NCBI GenBank assembly: GCA_008638215.1
Contig: VTPN01000003.1
Location: forward strand, 16,550 to 48,549
Direction of reading: 5' to 3'
Length of the DNA: 32,000 nucleotides
Source of the DNA: Pelagibacteraceae bacterium
GTDB lineage: Bacteria; Pseudomonadota; Alphaproteobacteria; HIMB59
Made by a program: the position numbers and the translations under genes
Notes under the pieces: generated by a model
The model's input: the letters and a program-made list of their open reading frames with translations, nothing else
Database searches by the model: none
Told to the model about the DNA's origin: nothing
Shown here: one piece after another, positions 10,529-23,067 of the stretch
How positions within the stretch are numbered: position 1 is the first letter of the stretch
Layout of the letters: the number at the start of each line of letters is the position of its first letter

Positions 10529-10534
10529 TGATAT

Positions 10535-10849
10535 TTATTTTTTAATTTTTATGTCTACGTTAACCCCTGAGGCAAGATCTAATTTCATAAGAGCGTCTAC
10601 AGTTTGAGGTGTGGGTTCAATAATGTCCATCATTCTTATATGAGTTCTTAATTCAAACTGTTCTCTACTTTTCTTATCAACATGTGGGGATTTATTAACA
10701 GTCACTCTTTCAATTCGTGACGGCATAGGGATTGGTCCAATAACTTTTGCACCTGTTCTTTTGGCTGTTTGTAAAATATCCATTGAACTTCTATCTAGAA
10801 TATTGTGGTCAAAAGATTTTAGTCTAATTCTGATGTTTTGATTGATCAT
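10535..10849 (-). CDS. rpsJ: 30S ribosomal protein S10
   Basis: 104 aa containing [14 protein letters not shown] and [19 protein letters not shown]. The start lies 3 nt after the fusA stop. Confidence 0.97.
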   Translation of the reverse strand: MINQNIRIRLKSFDHNILDRSSMDILQTAKRTGAKVIGPIPMPSRIERVTVNKSPHVDKKSREQFELRTHIRMMDIIEPTPQTVDALMKLDLASGVNVDIKIKK

Positions 10850-10852
10850 GAT

Positions 10853-12916
10853 TTATGCTAACTTCGACTTAATTTCCTCTTCAACATTAGATGGAACAAC
10901 ATCATAATGTGAAAATAACATTGTATAACTCGCTCTACCTTGACTCATAGAACGTAGATTATTAACATAACCGAACATATTAGCAAGAGGAACCACTGAA
11001 GAAACTACCTTTGCATTCCCTCTGTCTTCCATTTTTTCGATTTGTCCTCTTCTGGAATTTAAATCACCAATAATATCTCCCATGTAGTCTTCTGGAGTTA
11101 CAACTTCTACTTTCATCATAGGTTCTAATAATTTTGGACTAGCTTTGGCCACCGCTTCTCTAAAAGCTGCTCTTGATGCAATTTCAAAGGCTAAAACGGA
11201 TGAGTCAACGTCATGATAAGCGCCATCATAAACTTCAGCTTCAAAATCAATAACATTATATCCGGCAATTACACCATTTTGTGATGCACTTTTAATACCC
11301 TTCTCAACGCCTGGAATGTATTCTTTTGGAATATTTCCACCAACAACTGAATTATTAAATTTGATACCAGAATTTCTTTCAAGAGGTTTGAATTTCATCT
11401 TTACTCGAGCAAACTGTCCTGCACCGCCTGATTGTTTTTTATGGGTGTAATCAACTTCTACTTCTTTAGTAATAGTTTCTCTATAGGCCACTTGAGGCGC
11501 ACCTACATCAGCTTCAACTTTAAATTCTCTCTTCATACGATCGACTAAAATTTCTAAATGTAGTTCTCCCATTCCTTTAATAATTGTTTGACCAGATTCT
11601 TCGTCAGTTGTAACTTTAAAACTAGGATCTTCTTGGGCTAATCTATTAAGTGCTTGGCCCATTTTTTCGTAATCAGCTTTGGTTTTTGGTTCAACAGCAA
11701 CTTCGATAACTGGATCTGGGAATTCCATTTTTTCCAAAATGACTGGCTTAGATGGTTCACATAAAGTATCACCTGTAGTAACATTTTTCATTCCAACTAA
11801 TGCAACTATATCTCCAGCTTTTGCTTCTTTGATTTCTTCTCTGGTATTTGAATGCATTAAAAGCATTCTTCCAATTCTTTCCTTTTGATTTTTAGATGAA
11901 TTTAAAATCGTTGATCCAGAACTTAGATTGCCACAATAGAGTCTTATAAAAGTAATTTGACCAACAAAAGGATCAGCAGCAACTTTAAAAGCTAGAGCGG
12001 CAAACGGTTCATCAGGTGTATTTGGAATTTTAATTTTTTCATCGGATCCCTCTTTGACCCCCTCTACATATCCAATGTCGTTAGGTGAAGGTAAATAATC
12101 AACAACAGCGTCTAATAAAGGCTGAACACCTTTATTCTTAAAAGCTGTTCCACAAAGAACAGGAACAAATTTAAAATCAATTGTACCTTTTCTAATACAT
12201 TTTTTAAGAGTTTCGGTTGATATCTCTTTGCCCTCAAGATAGTCTTCCATGGCTTGATCGTCAGCTTCCACGGCCATTTCGATTAATTCTTCTCGTTTCT
12301 TTTTGGCTTCGTCTATTAAATCTTCACTAATATCGACAACGTCAAATTTTGCTCCTAGACTATCATCTTGCCATATAATTGACTTGAACCTTACAAGATC
12401 AACAACACCTTTAAAATCAGCCTCTTTTCCGATAGCCATTTGTAAGACGAGTGGATTTGCTCCTAATCTATCTTTAATTGACTGAATATTCATTTCAAAG
12501 TCAGCACCAAGTCGGTCCATCTTATTACAAAAACAAATTCTTGGAACTTTGTAGCGATCTGCCTGTCTCCATACAGTTTCAGACTGAGGCTCAACTCCTG
12601 CAACCCCATCAAAACAAGCAACGGCACCATCAAGTACTCTCAAAGATCTTTCCACTTCAATAGTAAAATCTACGTGACCCGGGGTATCGATAATATTAAT
12701 TCTGTGATCATTCCAAAAACAAGTAGTAGCCGCTGAGGTGATCGTAATACCTCTTTCTTGTTCTTGTTCCATCCAGTCCATTGTTGCGGCACCATCATGG
12801 ACTTCGCCAATTTTATGAGATTTACCAGTGTAGAATAGAATTCTTTCAGTGGTAGTGGTCTTACCGGCATCAATATGAGCCATAATTCCAATGTTTCTAT
12901 ATTTATTTAATTCCAT
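10853..12916 (-). CDS. fusA: Translation elongation factor G
   Basis: 687 aa with the G domain ([24 protein letters not shown]) and full-length EF-G domains II-V. Follows rpsG as in the str operon. Confidence 0.98.
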   Translation of the reverse strand: MELNKYRNIGIMAHIDAGKTTTTERILFYTGKSHKIGEVHDGAATMDWMEQEQERGITITSAATTCFWNDHRINIIDTPGHVDFTIEVERSLRVLDGAVACFDGVAGVEPQSETVWRQADRYKVPRICFCNKMDRLGADFEMNIQSIKDRLGANPLVLQMAIGKEADFKGVVDLVRFKSIIWQDDSLGAKFDVVDISEDLIDEAKKKREELIEMAVEADDQAMEDYLEGKEISTETLKKCIRKGTIDFKFVPVLCGTAFKNKGVQPLLDAVVDYLPSPNDIGYVEGVKEGSDEKIKIPNTPDEPFAALAFKVAADPFVGQITFIRLYCGNLSSGSTILNSSKNQKERIGRMLLMHSNTREEIKEAKAGDIVALVGMKNVTTGDTLCEPSKPVILEKMEFPDPVIEVAVEPKTKADYEKMGQALNRLAQEDPSFKVTTDEESGQTIIKGMGELHLEILVDRMKREFKVEADVGAPQVAYRETITKEVEVDYTHKKQSGGAGQFARVKMKFKPLERNSGIKFNNSVVGGNIPKEYIPGVEKGIKSASQNGVIAGYNVIDFEAEVYDGAYHDVDSSVLAFEIASRAAFREAVAKASPKLLEPMMKVEVVTPEDYMGDIIGDLNSRRGQIEKMEDRGNAKVVSSVVPLANMFGYVNNLRSMSQGRASYTMLFSHYDVVPSNVEEEIKSKLA

Positions 12917-12919
12917 TAA

Positions 12920-13393
12920 TTACCACCTATAGTGTGCAAATGCTCTATTAGCTTCAGCCATTTTATGAACTTCATCTTTTTTCTTAACTGAATTACCTTT
13001 ATTTTCAAATGCATCAATTAGCTCATTTGCGAGTCTTTCTCTTTGTGTTTTTTCATTTCTTTTTTTTGAGTTTGATAAAATCCATTTAAACGCAAGTGCT
13101 TGAGCCCTGGTGCTTCTTACTTCCATAGGGACTTGGTATGTTGCGCCACCAACTCTTCTAGCCTTGACTTCAACAGAAGGTTTAACGTTGTTGATAGATT
13201 TTTGAAAATACTCTAAAGGATCTTCACTCTGGTTCTGAGATTGGATGATTTCAAGTGCACCGTAAACAATTTTTTGTGCAACAGTTTTTTTTCCACCAAC
13301 CATAACTTCGTTAATAAATTTGTTTAAAACTACACTATTATATATGGGATCAGGTAATATCTGTCTCTTCTCTGCTGCTCTTCTTCTCGACAT
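12920..13393 (-). CDS. rpsG: 30S ribosomal protein S7
   Basis: 157 aa beginning MSRRRAAEKRQILPDPIY and ending ANRAFAHYRW. Confidence 0.97.
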   Translation of the reverse strand: MSRRRAAEKRQILPDPIYNSVVLNKFINEVMVGGKKTVAQKIVYGALEIIQSQNQSEDPLEYFQKSINNVKPSVEVKARRVGGATYQVPMEVRSTRAQALAFKWILSNSKKRNEKTQRERLANELIDAFENKGNSVKKKDEVHKMAEANRAFAHYRW

Positions 13394-13403
13394 AATTTAT
13401 ATT

Positions 13404-13778
13404 TTAGCTCTTTGGCCTTTTGGCTCCGTATTTTGATCTTCTTTGACGTCTCTTTTCAAGACCTTGAGTGTCTAGAGTTCCTCTTATTATATGATAGCGT
13501 ACACCAGGTAAGTCTTTGACACGACCGCCTCTAATTAAAACAACTGAGTGTTCTTGCAGATTATGACCTTCGCCTGGTATGTATGCCGTAACCTCTTGAC
13601 CATTAGTTAATTTGACTCTAGCTACCTTTCTAAGGGCAGAGTTAGGTTTTTTTGGAGTCGTTGTATAAACTCTCAAACATACTCCTCTTTTTTGAGGACA
13701 TGCTTTCAACGCAGGAACCTTATTTCTCTTTGAGACTTTTTCTCTAGAGTTTCTAACTAACTGATTTATGGTCGGCAT
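13404..13778 (-). CDS. rpsL: 30S ribosomal protein S12
   Basis: 124 aa beginning MPTINQL, with [20 protein letters not shown]. Confidence 0.98.
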   Translation of the reverse strand: MPTINQLVRNSREKVSKRNKVPALKACPQKRGVCLRVYTTTPKKPNSALRKVARVKLTNGQEVTAYIPGEGHNLQEHSVVLIRGGRVKDLPGVRYHIIRGTLDTQGLEKRRQRRSKYGAKRPKS

Positions 13779-13787
13779 AGTCCGCAG

Positions 13788-13816
13788 AATATATTTATAG
13801 TATTCATCTTAGTCAA
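13788..13816 (-). promoter_or_regulatory. Candidate sigma70-type promoter for rpsL-rpsG-fusA (str promoter)
   Basis: The minus strand of the 41-nt rpoC-rpsL gap reads TAA ATG TTGACT aagatgaatactataaa TATATT ctgcggact ATG. That is a -35 TTGACT (13816..13811), a 17-nt spacer and a -10 TATATT (13793..13788). Only 9 nt separate the -10 from the rpsL ATG. Confidence 0.4.
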
Positions 13817-13819
13817 CAT

Positions 13820-16800
13820 TTATTTGGTATTTTCTATTTGTTTTAAAAGAGAATTATCCCTTATTTTTGCTTCTTTTCTTAAGGCCCTGATAACATTACC
13901 TGTACCAGCGGGAATTAATTTTCCGACAATAACATTTTCTTTTAGTCCAGTGAGTTTATCAACTTTTCCATTAATAGCAGCCTCAGTAAGAACTCTAGTT
14001 GTTTCTTGGAAGGAAGCGGCAGAAATAAATGAATTAGTCTGGAGGCTGGCTTTAGTAATACCTAAAATCATCATTTTAAATTTAGCCTCTTTTTTTCCAG
14101 CCTCTTTAAGTTCAATATTTCTTTGAAGCACATCAGTTTTGTCTACAACATCTCCTACGGGAAATTCGCTATCTCCAGATTCAATAACCTCAACTTTTTG
14201 AAGCATTTGTTTTGTAATGCATTCAATGTGCTTGTCGTCAATTATAACACCTTGCAATCTATAAACTTTTTGAACTTCTCTGACCATATATTCAGCTAAT
14301 GCTTCAATACCGAGAATATTTAAAATATCTGTAGGTGCTGGAGTTCCATCTACAATCATATCACCTTTATTGACTTTGTCGCCTTCATTGAAGTAAATGT
14401 ACGTTCCTTTTGGTATTAAATATTCGACAGGATCTCCAACTTCTGGGTTAATAATAATTCTTCTTTTGCTTTTTATATCTTTACCAAATTCAATTGTACC
14501 TGAAATCTCAGCAAGCACTGCAGGATTTTTTGGTTTTCTTGATTCGAAAATATCTGCAACTCTAGGAAGACCACCAGTAATATCTTTTGTTTTAGAAGAT
14601 GCTCTCGGTATTCTAGCAATAACGTCTCCCGCTTTAACCTCTTTGCCTTTATCAATATTTAAGATTATCCCCACACTTAAATCATAAGAAGAGTGGTTTG
14701 AAGAATCTTTTGGTTTTACTTGATTTCCTTTAGCATCGGTGATGACGAGCTGAGGTTTAAGGTCTTGTTTGCCTTGGAAACTCTTCCAATCTATAATTAC
14801 TTTTGATGAAATTCCAGTTGTTTCATCGAATTTTTCAATAAACGAAACCCCTTCAACTAGATCACTAAAATCTAAAATACCAGATTCCTCGGCGACAATA
14901 GGAACAGTGTATGGATCCCATTCCAACAACAAGTCATTAAGCTTAACATCTGACTTATTTTTGACTAATAGCGTTGAACCGTATGGTGCTCTAAATGTTG
15001 AAATTAATTTTTTATTTAGATCGTAAATCTCAAGTTCAGTAGTTCTATTAATAATTATCTCACTACCAGCTTCGTTAACAACCGTTCTGAGATTATTAAT
15101 TTTTACCAAACCATCACTAGGTGATTCAAAGTTAGATTTTTCTGCTGATGAACTCGCAACACCACCTACGTGAAAAGTTCTCATAGTCAATTGTGTACCA
15201 GGTTCACCAATCGACTGAGCGGCTATGATGCCAACGGCCTCTCCAGTATTTACCGGCACACCTTTAGCAAGATCTCTACCATAAGCTTTTGCACAAATTC
15301 CATTAATACATCCACAAGTAATTGGTGATTTAATTCTCACAGAAGTAATATTTTCTTTTTCAATAGTTTCAATTTCATCATGAGAAATATAGTCGCCATT
15401 TTTCATAATAACTTTTCCATCAGCAGTTTTCACATCATCTGCTAAATATCTGCCAAACACTCTGTCAATTAATGGAATGGCCACTTCTCCTGAGTCATAA
15501 ACAGTGTCTACAGTAAGTCCGTTTGTGCAGTTACAATCCTTTTGAGTAATAGTAAGATCTTGTGCCACATCAACAAGCCTTCTGGTTAGATATCCAGAGC
15601 TAGCCGTTTTAAGAGCTGTATCAGCAAGACCCTTTCTTGCTCCGTGAGTAGAGTTAAAGTATTCCAAAACAGTTAAACCATCTTTAAAATTAGATGTAAT
15701 AGGGTTTTCAATAATTTCTCCAGAAGGTCTTGCCATCAATCCCCTCATGCCTGCGAGCTGTTTAAGCTGAGCTTCTGATCCTCTAGCACCTGAGTGAGCC
15801 ATAATATAAACAGAATTAATTTGATTATCTTTTTTTGAAGAAACGGTTTTCATCATTGCCTTAGCAACTTTATCTGTACAAGTTGACCAGAGACCAACTA
15901 CTTTATTGTATTTTTCTCTTTCAGTGATTAAACCTTCTTGGTATTGAGCTTCAAGGCTATTCACTTGTTTTTGTGTTTCTTGAATTAAAGAATTTTTTTC
16001 TTCAGGAATAACGAGATCATCTTTGCCAAAAGAAATACCAGCTTTGGCAGCATATTTAAAACCCACATTCATAATTTGATCTACAAAGATACAAGTGGCT
16101 TTTTGACCAGTAAATCTGTAGACATTGTCCAATAAGATACTGACATCTTTTTTTGTTAAAATTTTATTTACGCAATCAAATGGTAAGTTCTCATTTTGAG
16201 GAACAGTTTTAAATAAAATGACCCTCCCAGGTGAAGTGGTAAACTTTTTATTCTCGTATTCATTAGTTTCTTTATTAAAAGTTTTAGTTCTGTAGATAAT
16301 AGGAGTATGAAGGCTGATAGTTTTGTTTTCTAATGCAAACTCAACCTCACCTATATGAGAAAAGTATTTTTTTACTTCTTCATTTTCATTAATTAGAGAT
16401 AAATAGTATATACCTAATACAATATCCTGACTCGGTACGATAATTGGTTTTCCGCTAGATGGAGATAGAATATTGTTAGTACTCATCATCAATACCCTTG
16501 CCTCTAATTGGGCTTCTAGACTTAGAGGTATATGAACAGCCATCTGATCACCATCAAAGTCAGCATTGAAAGCCGTACAGACTAGGGGATGTAATTGTAT
16601 TGCCTTACCTTCGATTAAAATTGGTTCAAAAGCTTGGATACCTAATCTATGTAAAGTTGGGGCTCTGTTTAAAAGAATAGGATGTTCTCTGATAACTTCA
16701 TCTAATATATCCCAAACTTCTGGTCTTTCTGTTTCGACCATTTTTCTTGCAGATTTTAATGTAGAGGCAAAACCATAAGATTCGAGCTTATTGTAGATAA

Positions 16801-17941
16801 AAGGTTTAAAAAGCTCCAATGCCATTTTCTTAGGAAGGCCGCACTGATGAAGTTTCAGTTCTGGGCCAACAACAATCACAGATCTTCCAGAATAATCAAC
16901 TCTTTTACCAAGAAGATTTTGTCTAAATCTACCTTGTTTTCCTTTAAGCATCTCAGATAAAGATTTTAGTGGTCTCTTATTTGTACTTGTAATTACTCTT
17001 CCTCTTCGACCATTATCAAATAAGGCATCAACGGATTCTTGGAGCATTCTTTTTTCATTTCTAACAATAATATCTGGTGCTCTTAGGTCTAAAAGACGCT
17101 TTAATCTATTGTTTCTATTTATTACCCTTCTATATAAATCATTGAGGTCAGAGGTAGCAAATCTTCCACCTTCAAGGGGTACTAAGGGTCTGAGTTCAGG
17201 AGGTATAACAGGAAGAACTTTTAGAATCATCCATTCAGGTTTAATGTTTGATCTTTTAAATCCTTCAATGACCTTCATTCTTTTTAGTATTTTTTTCTTT
17301 TTTGTTTCAGAAGAAGTAGCTTCACTCTCTTCATTTAGTTTTACAATTTCATTATCCAAATCAAGGTTAGATAAAATTTCATAAACCGCCTCAGCTCCAA
17401 TCCCATGTTTAAAAGAATCCTCTCCAAACTGTTCTATTGCTTCTTCTAGTTCTTCATCGGTTAAAAGTTGATTTTGTTCAAGACCGGACATTAAGGGGTC
17501 TATTACAATATGACTTTCAAAGTATAAAACTTTTTCTAAACTCTTGAGAGTTATATCTAATGCTAGACCTATTCTACTAGGTAGAGATTTTAAAAACCAA
17601 ATATGAGCAACTGGTGCGGCGAGCTCGATATGAGCCATTCTTTCTCTTCTAACTTTAGAGAGTGTGACTTCGACACCACATTTTTCACATGTAATGCCTT
17701 TAAATTTCATTCTTTTGTATTTACCACATAAACATTCATAATCTTTCGTAGGTCCAAAAATTCTAGCGCAGAACAAACCTTCTCTTTCAGGTTTAAATGT
17801 TCTGTAATTAATAGTTTCTGGTTTTTTTATCTCACCGAAAGACCATGATCTGATTTGTTCTGGGCTAGAAACAGAAATTTTTATCTGATCAAAATTTAAA
17901 GTTGGATTGTTATTTTTAAAAAGGTTAGTTAAGTCTTTCAT
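13820..17941 (-). CDS. rpoC: DNA-directed RNA polymerase subunit beta'
   Basis: 1373 aa with the catalytic [12 protein letters not shown] motif and an N-terminal zinc-binding Cys cluster (CLCGKYKR...CEKCGVEV). Its ATG shares one nucleotide with the rpoB stop. Confidence 0.99.
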   Translation of the reverse strand: MKDLTNLFKNNNPTLNFDQIKISVSSPEQIRSWSFGEIKKPETINYRTFKPEREGLFCARIFGPTKDYECLCGKYKRMKFKGITCEKCGVEVTLSKVRRERMAHIELAAPVAHIWFLKSLPSRIGLALDITLKSLEKVLYFESHIVIDPLMSGLEQNQLLTDEELEEAIEQFGEDSFKHGIGAEAVYEILSNLDLDNEIVKLNEESEATSSETKKKKILKRMKVIEGFKRSNIKPEWMILKVLPVIPPELRPLVPLEGGRFATSDLNDLYRRVINRNNRLKRLLDLRAPDIIVRNEKRMLQESVDALFDNGRRGRVITSTNKRPLKSLSEMLKGKQGRFRQNLLGKRVDYSGRSVIVVGPELKLHQCGLPKKMALELFKPFIYNKLESYGFASTLKSARKMVETERPEVWDILDEVIREHPILLNRAPTLHRLGIQAFEPILIEGKAIQLHPLVCTAFNADFDGDQMAVHIPLSLEAQLEARVLMMSTNNILSPSSGKPIIVPSQDIVLGIYYLSLINENEEVKKYFSHIGEVEFALENKTISLHTPIIYRTKTFNKETNEYENKKFTTSPGRVILFKTVPQNENLPFDCVNKILTKKDVSILLDNVYRFTGQKATCIFVDQIMNVGFKYAAKAGISFGKDDLVIPEEKNSLIQETQKQVNSLEAQYQEGLITEREKYNKVVGLWSTCTDKVAKAMMKTVSSKKDNQINSVYIMAHSGARGSEAQLKQLAGMRGLMARPSGEIIENPITSNFKDGLTVLEYFNSTHGARKGLADTALKTASSGYLTRRLVDVAQDLTITQKDCNCTNGLTVDTVYDSGEVAIPLIDRVFGRYLADDVKTADGKVIMKNGDYISHDEIETIEKENITSVRIKSPITCGCINGICAKAYGRDLAKGVPVNTGEAVGIIAAQSIGEPGTQLTMRTFHVGGVASSSAEKSNFESPSDGLVKINNLRTVVNEAGSEIIINRTTELEIYDLNKKLISTFRAPYGSTLLVKNKSDVKLNDLLLEWDPYTVPIVAEESGILDFSDLVEGVSFIEKFDETTGISSKVIIDWKSFQGKQDLKPQLVITDAKGNQVKPKDSSNHSSYDLSVGIILNIDKGKEVKAGDVIARIPRASSKTKDITGGLPRVADIFESRKPKNPAVLAEISGTIEFGKDIKSKRRIIINPEVGDPVEYLIPKGTYIYFNEGDKVNKGDMIVDGTPAPTDILNILGIEALAEYMVREVQKVYRLQGVIIDDKHIECITKQMLQKVEVIESGDSEFPVGDVVDKTDVLQRNIELKEAGKKEAKFKMMILGITKASLQTNSFISAASFQETTRVLTEAAINGKVDKLTGLKENVIVGKLIPAGTGNVIRALRKEAKIRDNSLLKQIENTK

Positions 17942-20900
17942 TATACTCCCTCCCTACTTATTGTGGGATCTGTTTCTATTAGTTCTACGTTGAGTCCTAG
18001 AGATTTTAATTCTTTAACTAAAACATGGAATGACTCAGGTATTCCACTTTCAAAATTGTAATCACCCCTAATAAGAGCTTCATAAACTTTTGTTCTACCT
18101 GCAACATCATCTGATTTGATAGTCAACATTTCTTGAAGTGTATTTGATGCACCATATGCTTCTAATGCCCAAACTTCCATTTCACCAAATCTTTGTCCAC
18201 CAAATTGAGCTTTACCACCGAGTGGTTGTTGGGTTACCAAGCTATATGGCCCAATCGAACGAGCATGAATTTTATCATCAATTAAATGGTGTAATTTCAA
18301 AATATATTTATATCCAACCGTAACTTTTCTTTCAAATCTCTCTCCGGATCTTCCATCATAAAGAAAAACTTGACCGCTGTTATCAAAGCCAGCTTTGTCT
18401 AATAAATTAGTAATTTCTTCTGTATTAGTTCCGTCAAAGACTGGGGTCGCAAATGTAACGCCTTTTTCTAAATTTCCTGCTAATTCAACCAGCTGATCAT
18501 CATTCATATTTTGAATTTCCAAATTTGAGTCTTTGTTAGCTTCATAGAAAGATGTTAGTGACTGCTTAAGTTGATTGATATTTCCTTCTTTTCTAGCGAG
18601 ATCTAGACTTCGAGAAATTTGCTTACCAATACCATATGCAGCCCAACCTAAATGTGTTTCTAAAATTTGGCCGATATTCATACGGCTTGGAACACCTAAA
18701 GGGTTTAAAAGGACATCTACAGGTGTGCCGTCTTCTAGAAATGGCATATCCTCAATCGGAACAATTTTAGAGATAACACCCTTATTACCATGTCTTCCCG
18801 CCATTTTATCGCCAGCTTGTAATTTTCTTTTTACTGCAACAAATACCTTAACAACTTTTAAAACACCCGGCAGCAAATCATCACCACTTTGTATTTTTTC
18901 AATTTTATTTTGGAATTTTTTATCTAATAAAATAACAGCATCATTGAAAATTTTCTTTTGAGAATTAAAAGTTTCCATCGATGAGGCATCATCAACAATA
19001 ATTTGCTCAAGATAATCTATTTGTTTATTATTAATATCAGACTCATTAATTTTATTACCTTTAGAAATTCCATCTAAAGACACGTTAGATAATTTATTTT
19101 TAAATAAATTAATAAGATTTTGTTTATAGTTATTTTCGAGAATATTCTTTTCATCATCTCTATCTTTAGCCAATCTATCAATCTCAACTCTCTCGATAGC
19201 TATAGTTCTCTCGTCTTTATCCACACCTCTTCTAACTAAGACTTGAACGTCCACAACAACACCGGAATATCCTGTAGGTAAACGAAGAGAGGTGTCTTTG
19301 ACATCAGCAGCTTTTTCAGAAAAAATAGCTCTTAGAAGTTTTTCTTCTGGTGTGATTGGAGAGTCACCTTTTGGTGAAACTTTACCGACTAATATATCTC
19401 CAGGTTTTACTTCTGAACCTATATATACGATTCCAGCTTCATCTAAATTTGTTATACTCTCATCTCCTACGTTAGGCATATCACGAGTAATCTCTTCGGG
19501 TCCAAGTTTTGTATCTCTACATAAAACTTCAAATTCCTCAATATGAATAGAAGTGAAACGATCTTCATGCACCACTCTTTCAGACATGATTATAGAATCC
19601 TCAAAGTTATAGCCATTCCAGGGCATGAAACCTACAAGTAAGTTTCTACCTAATGCCAATTCACCTAAATCTGTGGATGGACCATCAGCAATGATGTCAC
19701 CTCTTTGAATATAATCTCCAATTTTTACTATAGGTTTTTGATTAATAGCCGTACTTTGGTTTGATCGTTGGAATTTTTTAAGATTATAAATATCAACTCC
19801 ACTTTTTTCTTTACTAATATTTTTTGAGTCAGATCTTATAACTATTCTTGATGAGTCTACTTGGTGAACATAGCCGCTATTTTTAGCAATTACTACAGCC
19901 CCACTATCTCTCGCAACTTTAGATTCAAAACCCGTTCCAACAAGTGGAGCTTCACTTTTAATTAGAGGCACTGCCTGCCTCATCATATTAGATCCCATTA
20001 ATGCTCTATTAGCATCATCATTTTCTAAGAATGGAATTAAAGATGCAGCAACTGAAACTAACTGCTGAGGATTAACATCCATGAAATCAATCTCAGAAGG
20101 GTTACAGAAAATAAAATCTCCTTTTCTTCTACAACTTACAAAGTCCTCACTAAACTTACCATTTTTATCAATAGGACTATTAGCCTGAGCAATCGTATAA
20201 TTTTCCTCTTCATCTGCATTCAAATAAATGACTTCATCAGTAACAACGCCTTTATTAATTTTACGGTAAGGAGTTTCAATAAAACCATATTGATTAATTC
20301 GAGCAAAAGAAGACAAGCTATTGATTAAGCCGATATTTGAACCTTCAGGAGTTTCAATTGGACAGATACGACCGTAGTGAGTTGTATGAACGTCACGAAC
20401 TTCAAAACCAGCTCTTTCTCTTGTCAGGCCACCTGGGCCTAAGGCAGAAATTCTTCTTTTATGCGTAATTTCGCTAAGAGGATTGGTTTGATCCATAAAC
20501 TGACTGAGTTGGCTAGTTCCAGTAAATTCTTTTAGCACAGTTTGAATAGGCTTAGAGTTAACAAGATCTTGAGGCATAATTGATTCAATATCAACTGTTC
20601 CCATCTTTTCTCTGATGGCCCTTTCCATTCTCACAAGACCAATACGATATTGATTTTCAATTAACTCACCAACTGATCTGACTCTTCTGTTACCTAAATG
20701 GTCAATATCATCTTTGCCAGAACTGTCTGTTTTCATATCAAAGAGTTTTTTAGCAACTGCAAGAATATCGGATTTATTTAAAATTCTTTTTTTATTAGTT
20801 TTATCTAAAGAAAGATATGAATTTAATTTTACTCTACCAACTTCAGATAAATCATATCTATCTTCACTAAAAAACATATTTTGAAATAAATAATTACTTG

Positions 20901-22137
20901 CCTCAAGAGTTGGAGGTTCACCAGGTCTTAATATCTTAAAAATGTCAAAAAGAGCTTCTTCTCTTGAATTATTTTTATCCGCAACAAGAGAGTTGATAAT
21001 ACCTAAGTTACCTGTGGCTTGATTAGCATTTATTACTGAGAATTGTTCAATTGAAAGCTCATTTATTCTTTCAAAGAACTCCTTACTTAATAAAGTTCCT
21101 GCTTCAGCATAAACTAAACCATTGTCATAATTGACTATGTCGTTTGATAAATAAAAACCATATAGGTCTTCTTCAGTGAAGAAAAACTTCGATATTTTAT
21201 TTTCTTTAATTTCTTTTAGAAGTTTTAGTGAAAGCTTCACATCCTTATAAGCTATAATCTCTTTAGAACTTGGATCAACTAAATTGAAAGGAAGATTTTT
21301 ATATTTAAACTTATCTATATCTAAACTTGCAACCCATCCATCTTTATGTTTTTTAAAGGGGAAAGTTTCATAAAAATATGTAAGAATTTCTTCAGAAGTC
21401 ATACCTGATACTTTATAAATATCGGGTTCAACTTTATTCTGCTGGCATTCTTCTAAATATTTCTCTGATGCTTTTGATGGTAAAGCTTGAAGAATAGTCG
21501 TAGAAATCATTTTCTTTTTTCTGTCTATTCTAAAAAATAAATTATCTTTGTGGTCAAATTCAAAATCTAACCAAGAACCTCTATAGGGAATTATTCTTGC
21601 ATTATAAAGAACTTTTCCACTTGCGTGCGTTTTACCATCATCGTGATCAAAGAAAACACCGGGAGATCTATGTAACTGACTAACAACTACTCTTTCGGTA
21701 CCATTAACTACAAAAGTACCGTTATTTGTCATAAGAGGTAAATCGCCTAGGTAAACAACTTGTTCTTTAATATCCCTAAGGGATTTCTCTCCAGTTTCTT
21801 CATTAAGATCCCATATAATCAATCTGAAAGTAACCATCAAAGAAGCAGAAAATGTTAGACCTTTTCTTCTACATTCTTCTACGTCATATTTTGGATTATC
21901 AAGATAATAATCAATATAATGAAGTTCAGATTTTCCTGCGTAGTCTTTAATGGGAAAGACAGAATTAAAGACTTCTTGCAGTCCAGTATTTGAACGTTCC
22001 TCAACTGATTTTCCTAACTGGAGGAACTTATCAAACGAGATTTTCTGTATATCGACTAAATTTGGCACATCAATCGTTTTACCGATTTTACCAAACGAAT
22101 AGCGAATACGTTTTTTTTCTGTGAAACTAAGTGGCAT
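17941..22137 (-). CDS. rpoB: DNA-directed RNA polymerase subunit beta
   Basis: 1398 aa containing [17 protein letters not shown], the rifampicin-cluster region ([32 protein letters not shown]) and proteobacterial-type lineage insertions. Confidence 0.99.
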   Translation of the reverse strand: MPLSFTEKKRIRYSFGKIGKTIDVPNLVDIQKISFDKFLQLGKSVEERSNTGLQEVFNSVFPIKDYAGKSELHYIDYYLDNPKYDVEECRRKGLTFSASLMVTFRLIIWDLNEETGEKSLRDIKEQVVYLGDLPLMTNNGTFVVNGTERVVVSQLHRSPGVFFDHDDGKTHASGKVLYNARIIPYRGSWLDFEFDHKDNLFFRIDRKKKMISTTILQALPSKASEKYLEECQQNKVEPDIYKVSGMTSEEILTYFYETFPFKKHKDGWVASLDIDKFKYKNLPFNLVDPSSKEIIAYKDVKLSLKLLKEIKENKISKFFFTEEDLYGFYLSNDIVNYDNGLVYAEAGTLLSKEFFERINELSIEQFSVINANQATGNLGIINSLVADKNNSREEALFDIFKILRPGEPPTLEASNYLFQNMFFSEDRYDLSEVGRVKLNSYLSLDKTNKKRILNKSDILAVAKKLFDMKTDSSGKDDIDHLGNRRVRSVGELIENQYRIGLVRMERAIREKMGTVDIESIMPQDLVNSKPIQTVLKEFTGTSQLSQFMDQTNPLSEITHKRRISALGPGGLTRERAGFEVRDVHTTHYGRICPIETPEGSNIGLINSLSSFARINQYGFIETPYRKINKGVVTDEVIYLNADEEENYTIAQANSPIDKNGKFSEDFVSCRRKGDFIFCNPSEIDFMDVNPQQLVSVAASLIPFLENDDANRALMGSNMMRQAVPLIKSEAPLVGTGFESKVARDSGAVVIAKNSGYVHQVDSSRIVIRSDSKNISKEKSGVDIYNLKKFQRSNQSTAINQKPIVKIGDYIQRGDIIADGPSTDLGELALGRNLLVGFMPWNGYNFEDSIIMSERVVHEDRFTSIHIEEFEVLCRDTKLGPEEITRDMPNVGDESITNLDEAGIVYIGSEVKPGDILVGKVSPKGDSPITPEEKLLRAIFSEKAADVKDTSLRLPTGYSGVVVDVQVLVRRGVDKDERTIAIERVEIDRLAKDRDDEKNILENNYKQNLINLFKNKLSNVSLDGISKGNKINESDINNKQIDYLEQIIVDDASSMETFNSQKKIFNDAVILLDKKFQNKIEKIQSGDDLLPGVLKVVKVFVAVKRKLQAGDKMAGRHGNKGVISKIVPIEDMPFLEDGTPVDVLLNPLGVPSRMNIGQILETHLGWAAYGIGKQISRSLDLARKEGNINQLKQSLTSFYEANKDSNLEIQNMNDDQLVELAGNLEKGVTFATPVFDGTNTEEITNLLDKAGFDNSGQVFLYDGRSGERFERKVTVGYKYILKLHHLIDDKIHARSIGPYSLVTQQPLGGKAQFGGQRFGEMEVWALEAYGASNTLQEMLTIKSDDVAGRTKVYEALIRGDYNFESGIPESFHVLVKELKSLGLNVELIETDPTISREGV

Positions 22138-22166
22138 AATATGTAGAACCTGTAATTAATAAATAA

Positions 22167-22538
22167 TTATTTAAGTTCTACTTTTGCACCAGCGGCTTCG
22201 AGCTTAGTCTTCATCTCTTCAGCCTCTTCTTTCTTAACTCCCTCTTTTAAAGTTTTTGGAGCACCTTCCACCATATCTTTAGCTTCTTTTAAACCAAGAC
22301 CAGTAATTGCTCTTACTTCTTTGATAACATTAATTTTTTGATCACCAGCTGCAGCTAAAACAACATCGAAACTATCTTTTTCTTCTGCTGCCTCTGCTAC
22401 GGGTGCTGCTGCAGCCGCAACTGCTACTGGGGCTGCTGCTGAAACTCCCCACTTTTCTTCTAAAAGTTTTGAAAGTTCTGCCGCTTCCATAACTGTTAAA
22501 GTTGATAATTCATCAACAATTTTATTTAAGTCTGCCAT
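22167..22538 (-). CDS. rplL: 50S ribosomal protein L7/L12
   Basis: 123 aa with an Ala/Pro-rich hinge ([18 protein letters not shown]) and the C-terminal domain [15 protein letters not shown]. Confidence 0.98.
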   Translation of the reverse strand: MADLNKIVDELSTLTVMEAAELSKLLEEKWGVSAAAPVAVAAAAAPVAEAAEEKDSFDVVLAAAGDQKINVIKEVRAITGLGLKEAKDMVEGAPKTLKEGVKKEEAEEMKTKLEAAGAKVELK

Positions 22539-22555
22539 TTTTGTCTCTCCCTAAG

Positions 22556-23062
22556 TTAGTCTTTTTTTTTTTGTAGTATCGAAATAATGTCCTGATCAGG
22601 CCTTTGTAATAGTCTTACAAGCTTTGATGCTGGGGCATTAATCAACCCAACTATTTTTCCTCTGATTTCATCAAGAGAAGGTAAAGTTGCAACCTTGGCT
22701 ATATCGTCTTTTGTATATAGTGTGTTATCAAAAAAAGCTGCCTCTGCAGATAGCTTTTTTAAATCTTTTTCGAATTTTTTAAAAACTTTAGCCGTGCCAA
22801 CTGGATTATTTGTAAATACGAGCAGTTTTTGTTGGGATAGAAATTCGTTTAACCCTTTTTTATCATCAGTTTTGTCAATAAAGATTTTGACAATATTGTT
22901 TTTTGAAATTTTTGTAACACCTTCATTATTTCTAATTTCAGTTCTAAACTGAATCATTTGCTTGACGGACATATTGGAAAAGGAAGCAATGAACATTGCT
23001 GAATAATCCTTAGACATTTTGTCTAAATTTTCAATATATTGTTGTTTTTGAGATTTATTCAA
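22556..23062 (-). CDS. rplJ: 50S ribosomal protein L10
   Basis: 168 aa. The N-terminus MNKSQKQQYIENL fits the L10 pattern. The start codon is TTG (23060-23062), 5 nt after the rplA stop. Synteny rplA-rplJ-rplL. Confidence 0.93.
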   Translation of the reverse strand: MNKSQKQQYIENLDKMSKDYSAMFIASFSNMSVKQMIQFRTEIRNNEGVTKISKNNIVKIFIDKTDDKKGLNEFLSQQKLLVFTNNPVGTAKVFKKFEKDLKKLSAEAAFFDNTLYTKDDIAKVATLPSLDEIRGKIVGLINAPASKLVRLLQRPDQDIISILQKKKD

Positions 23063-23067
23063 TTTCT

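Noticed and set aside
12670-12891. Same-strand alternative-frame ORFs inside fusA (12670-12891), rplB (8785-8967) and rpoC (14473-14655).
   Set aside because: They are out of frame within well-supported genes, carry no motifs and are short. I saw no slippery sequence or other sign of programmed frameshifting.
18575-18961. Plus-strand ORFs of 60-128 aa nested antisense inside the minus-strand core genes. Examples are 18575-18961 in rpoB, 13824-14126 and 14397-14687 in rpoC, 6568-6864 in rplP, 786-1064 in adk and 22695-22952 in rplJ.
   Set aside because: All lie entirely within highly conserved genes on the opposite strand. Their S/L/F/I/P-rich low-complexity translations are what the reverse complement of K/E/N/G-rich coding sequence produces. 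None has its own intergenic start context or a recognisable motif. I treat them as frame artefacts.
22385-22441. A locally GC-rich run of GCT/GCA/GCC triplets that looks like a tandem repeat.
   Set aside because: It encodes the Ala/Pro-rich flexible hinge of L7/L12 ([18 protein letters not shown]), a normal feature of this protein.
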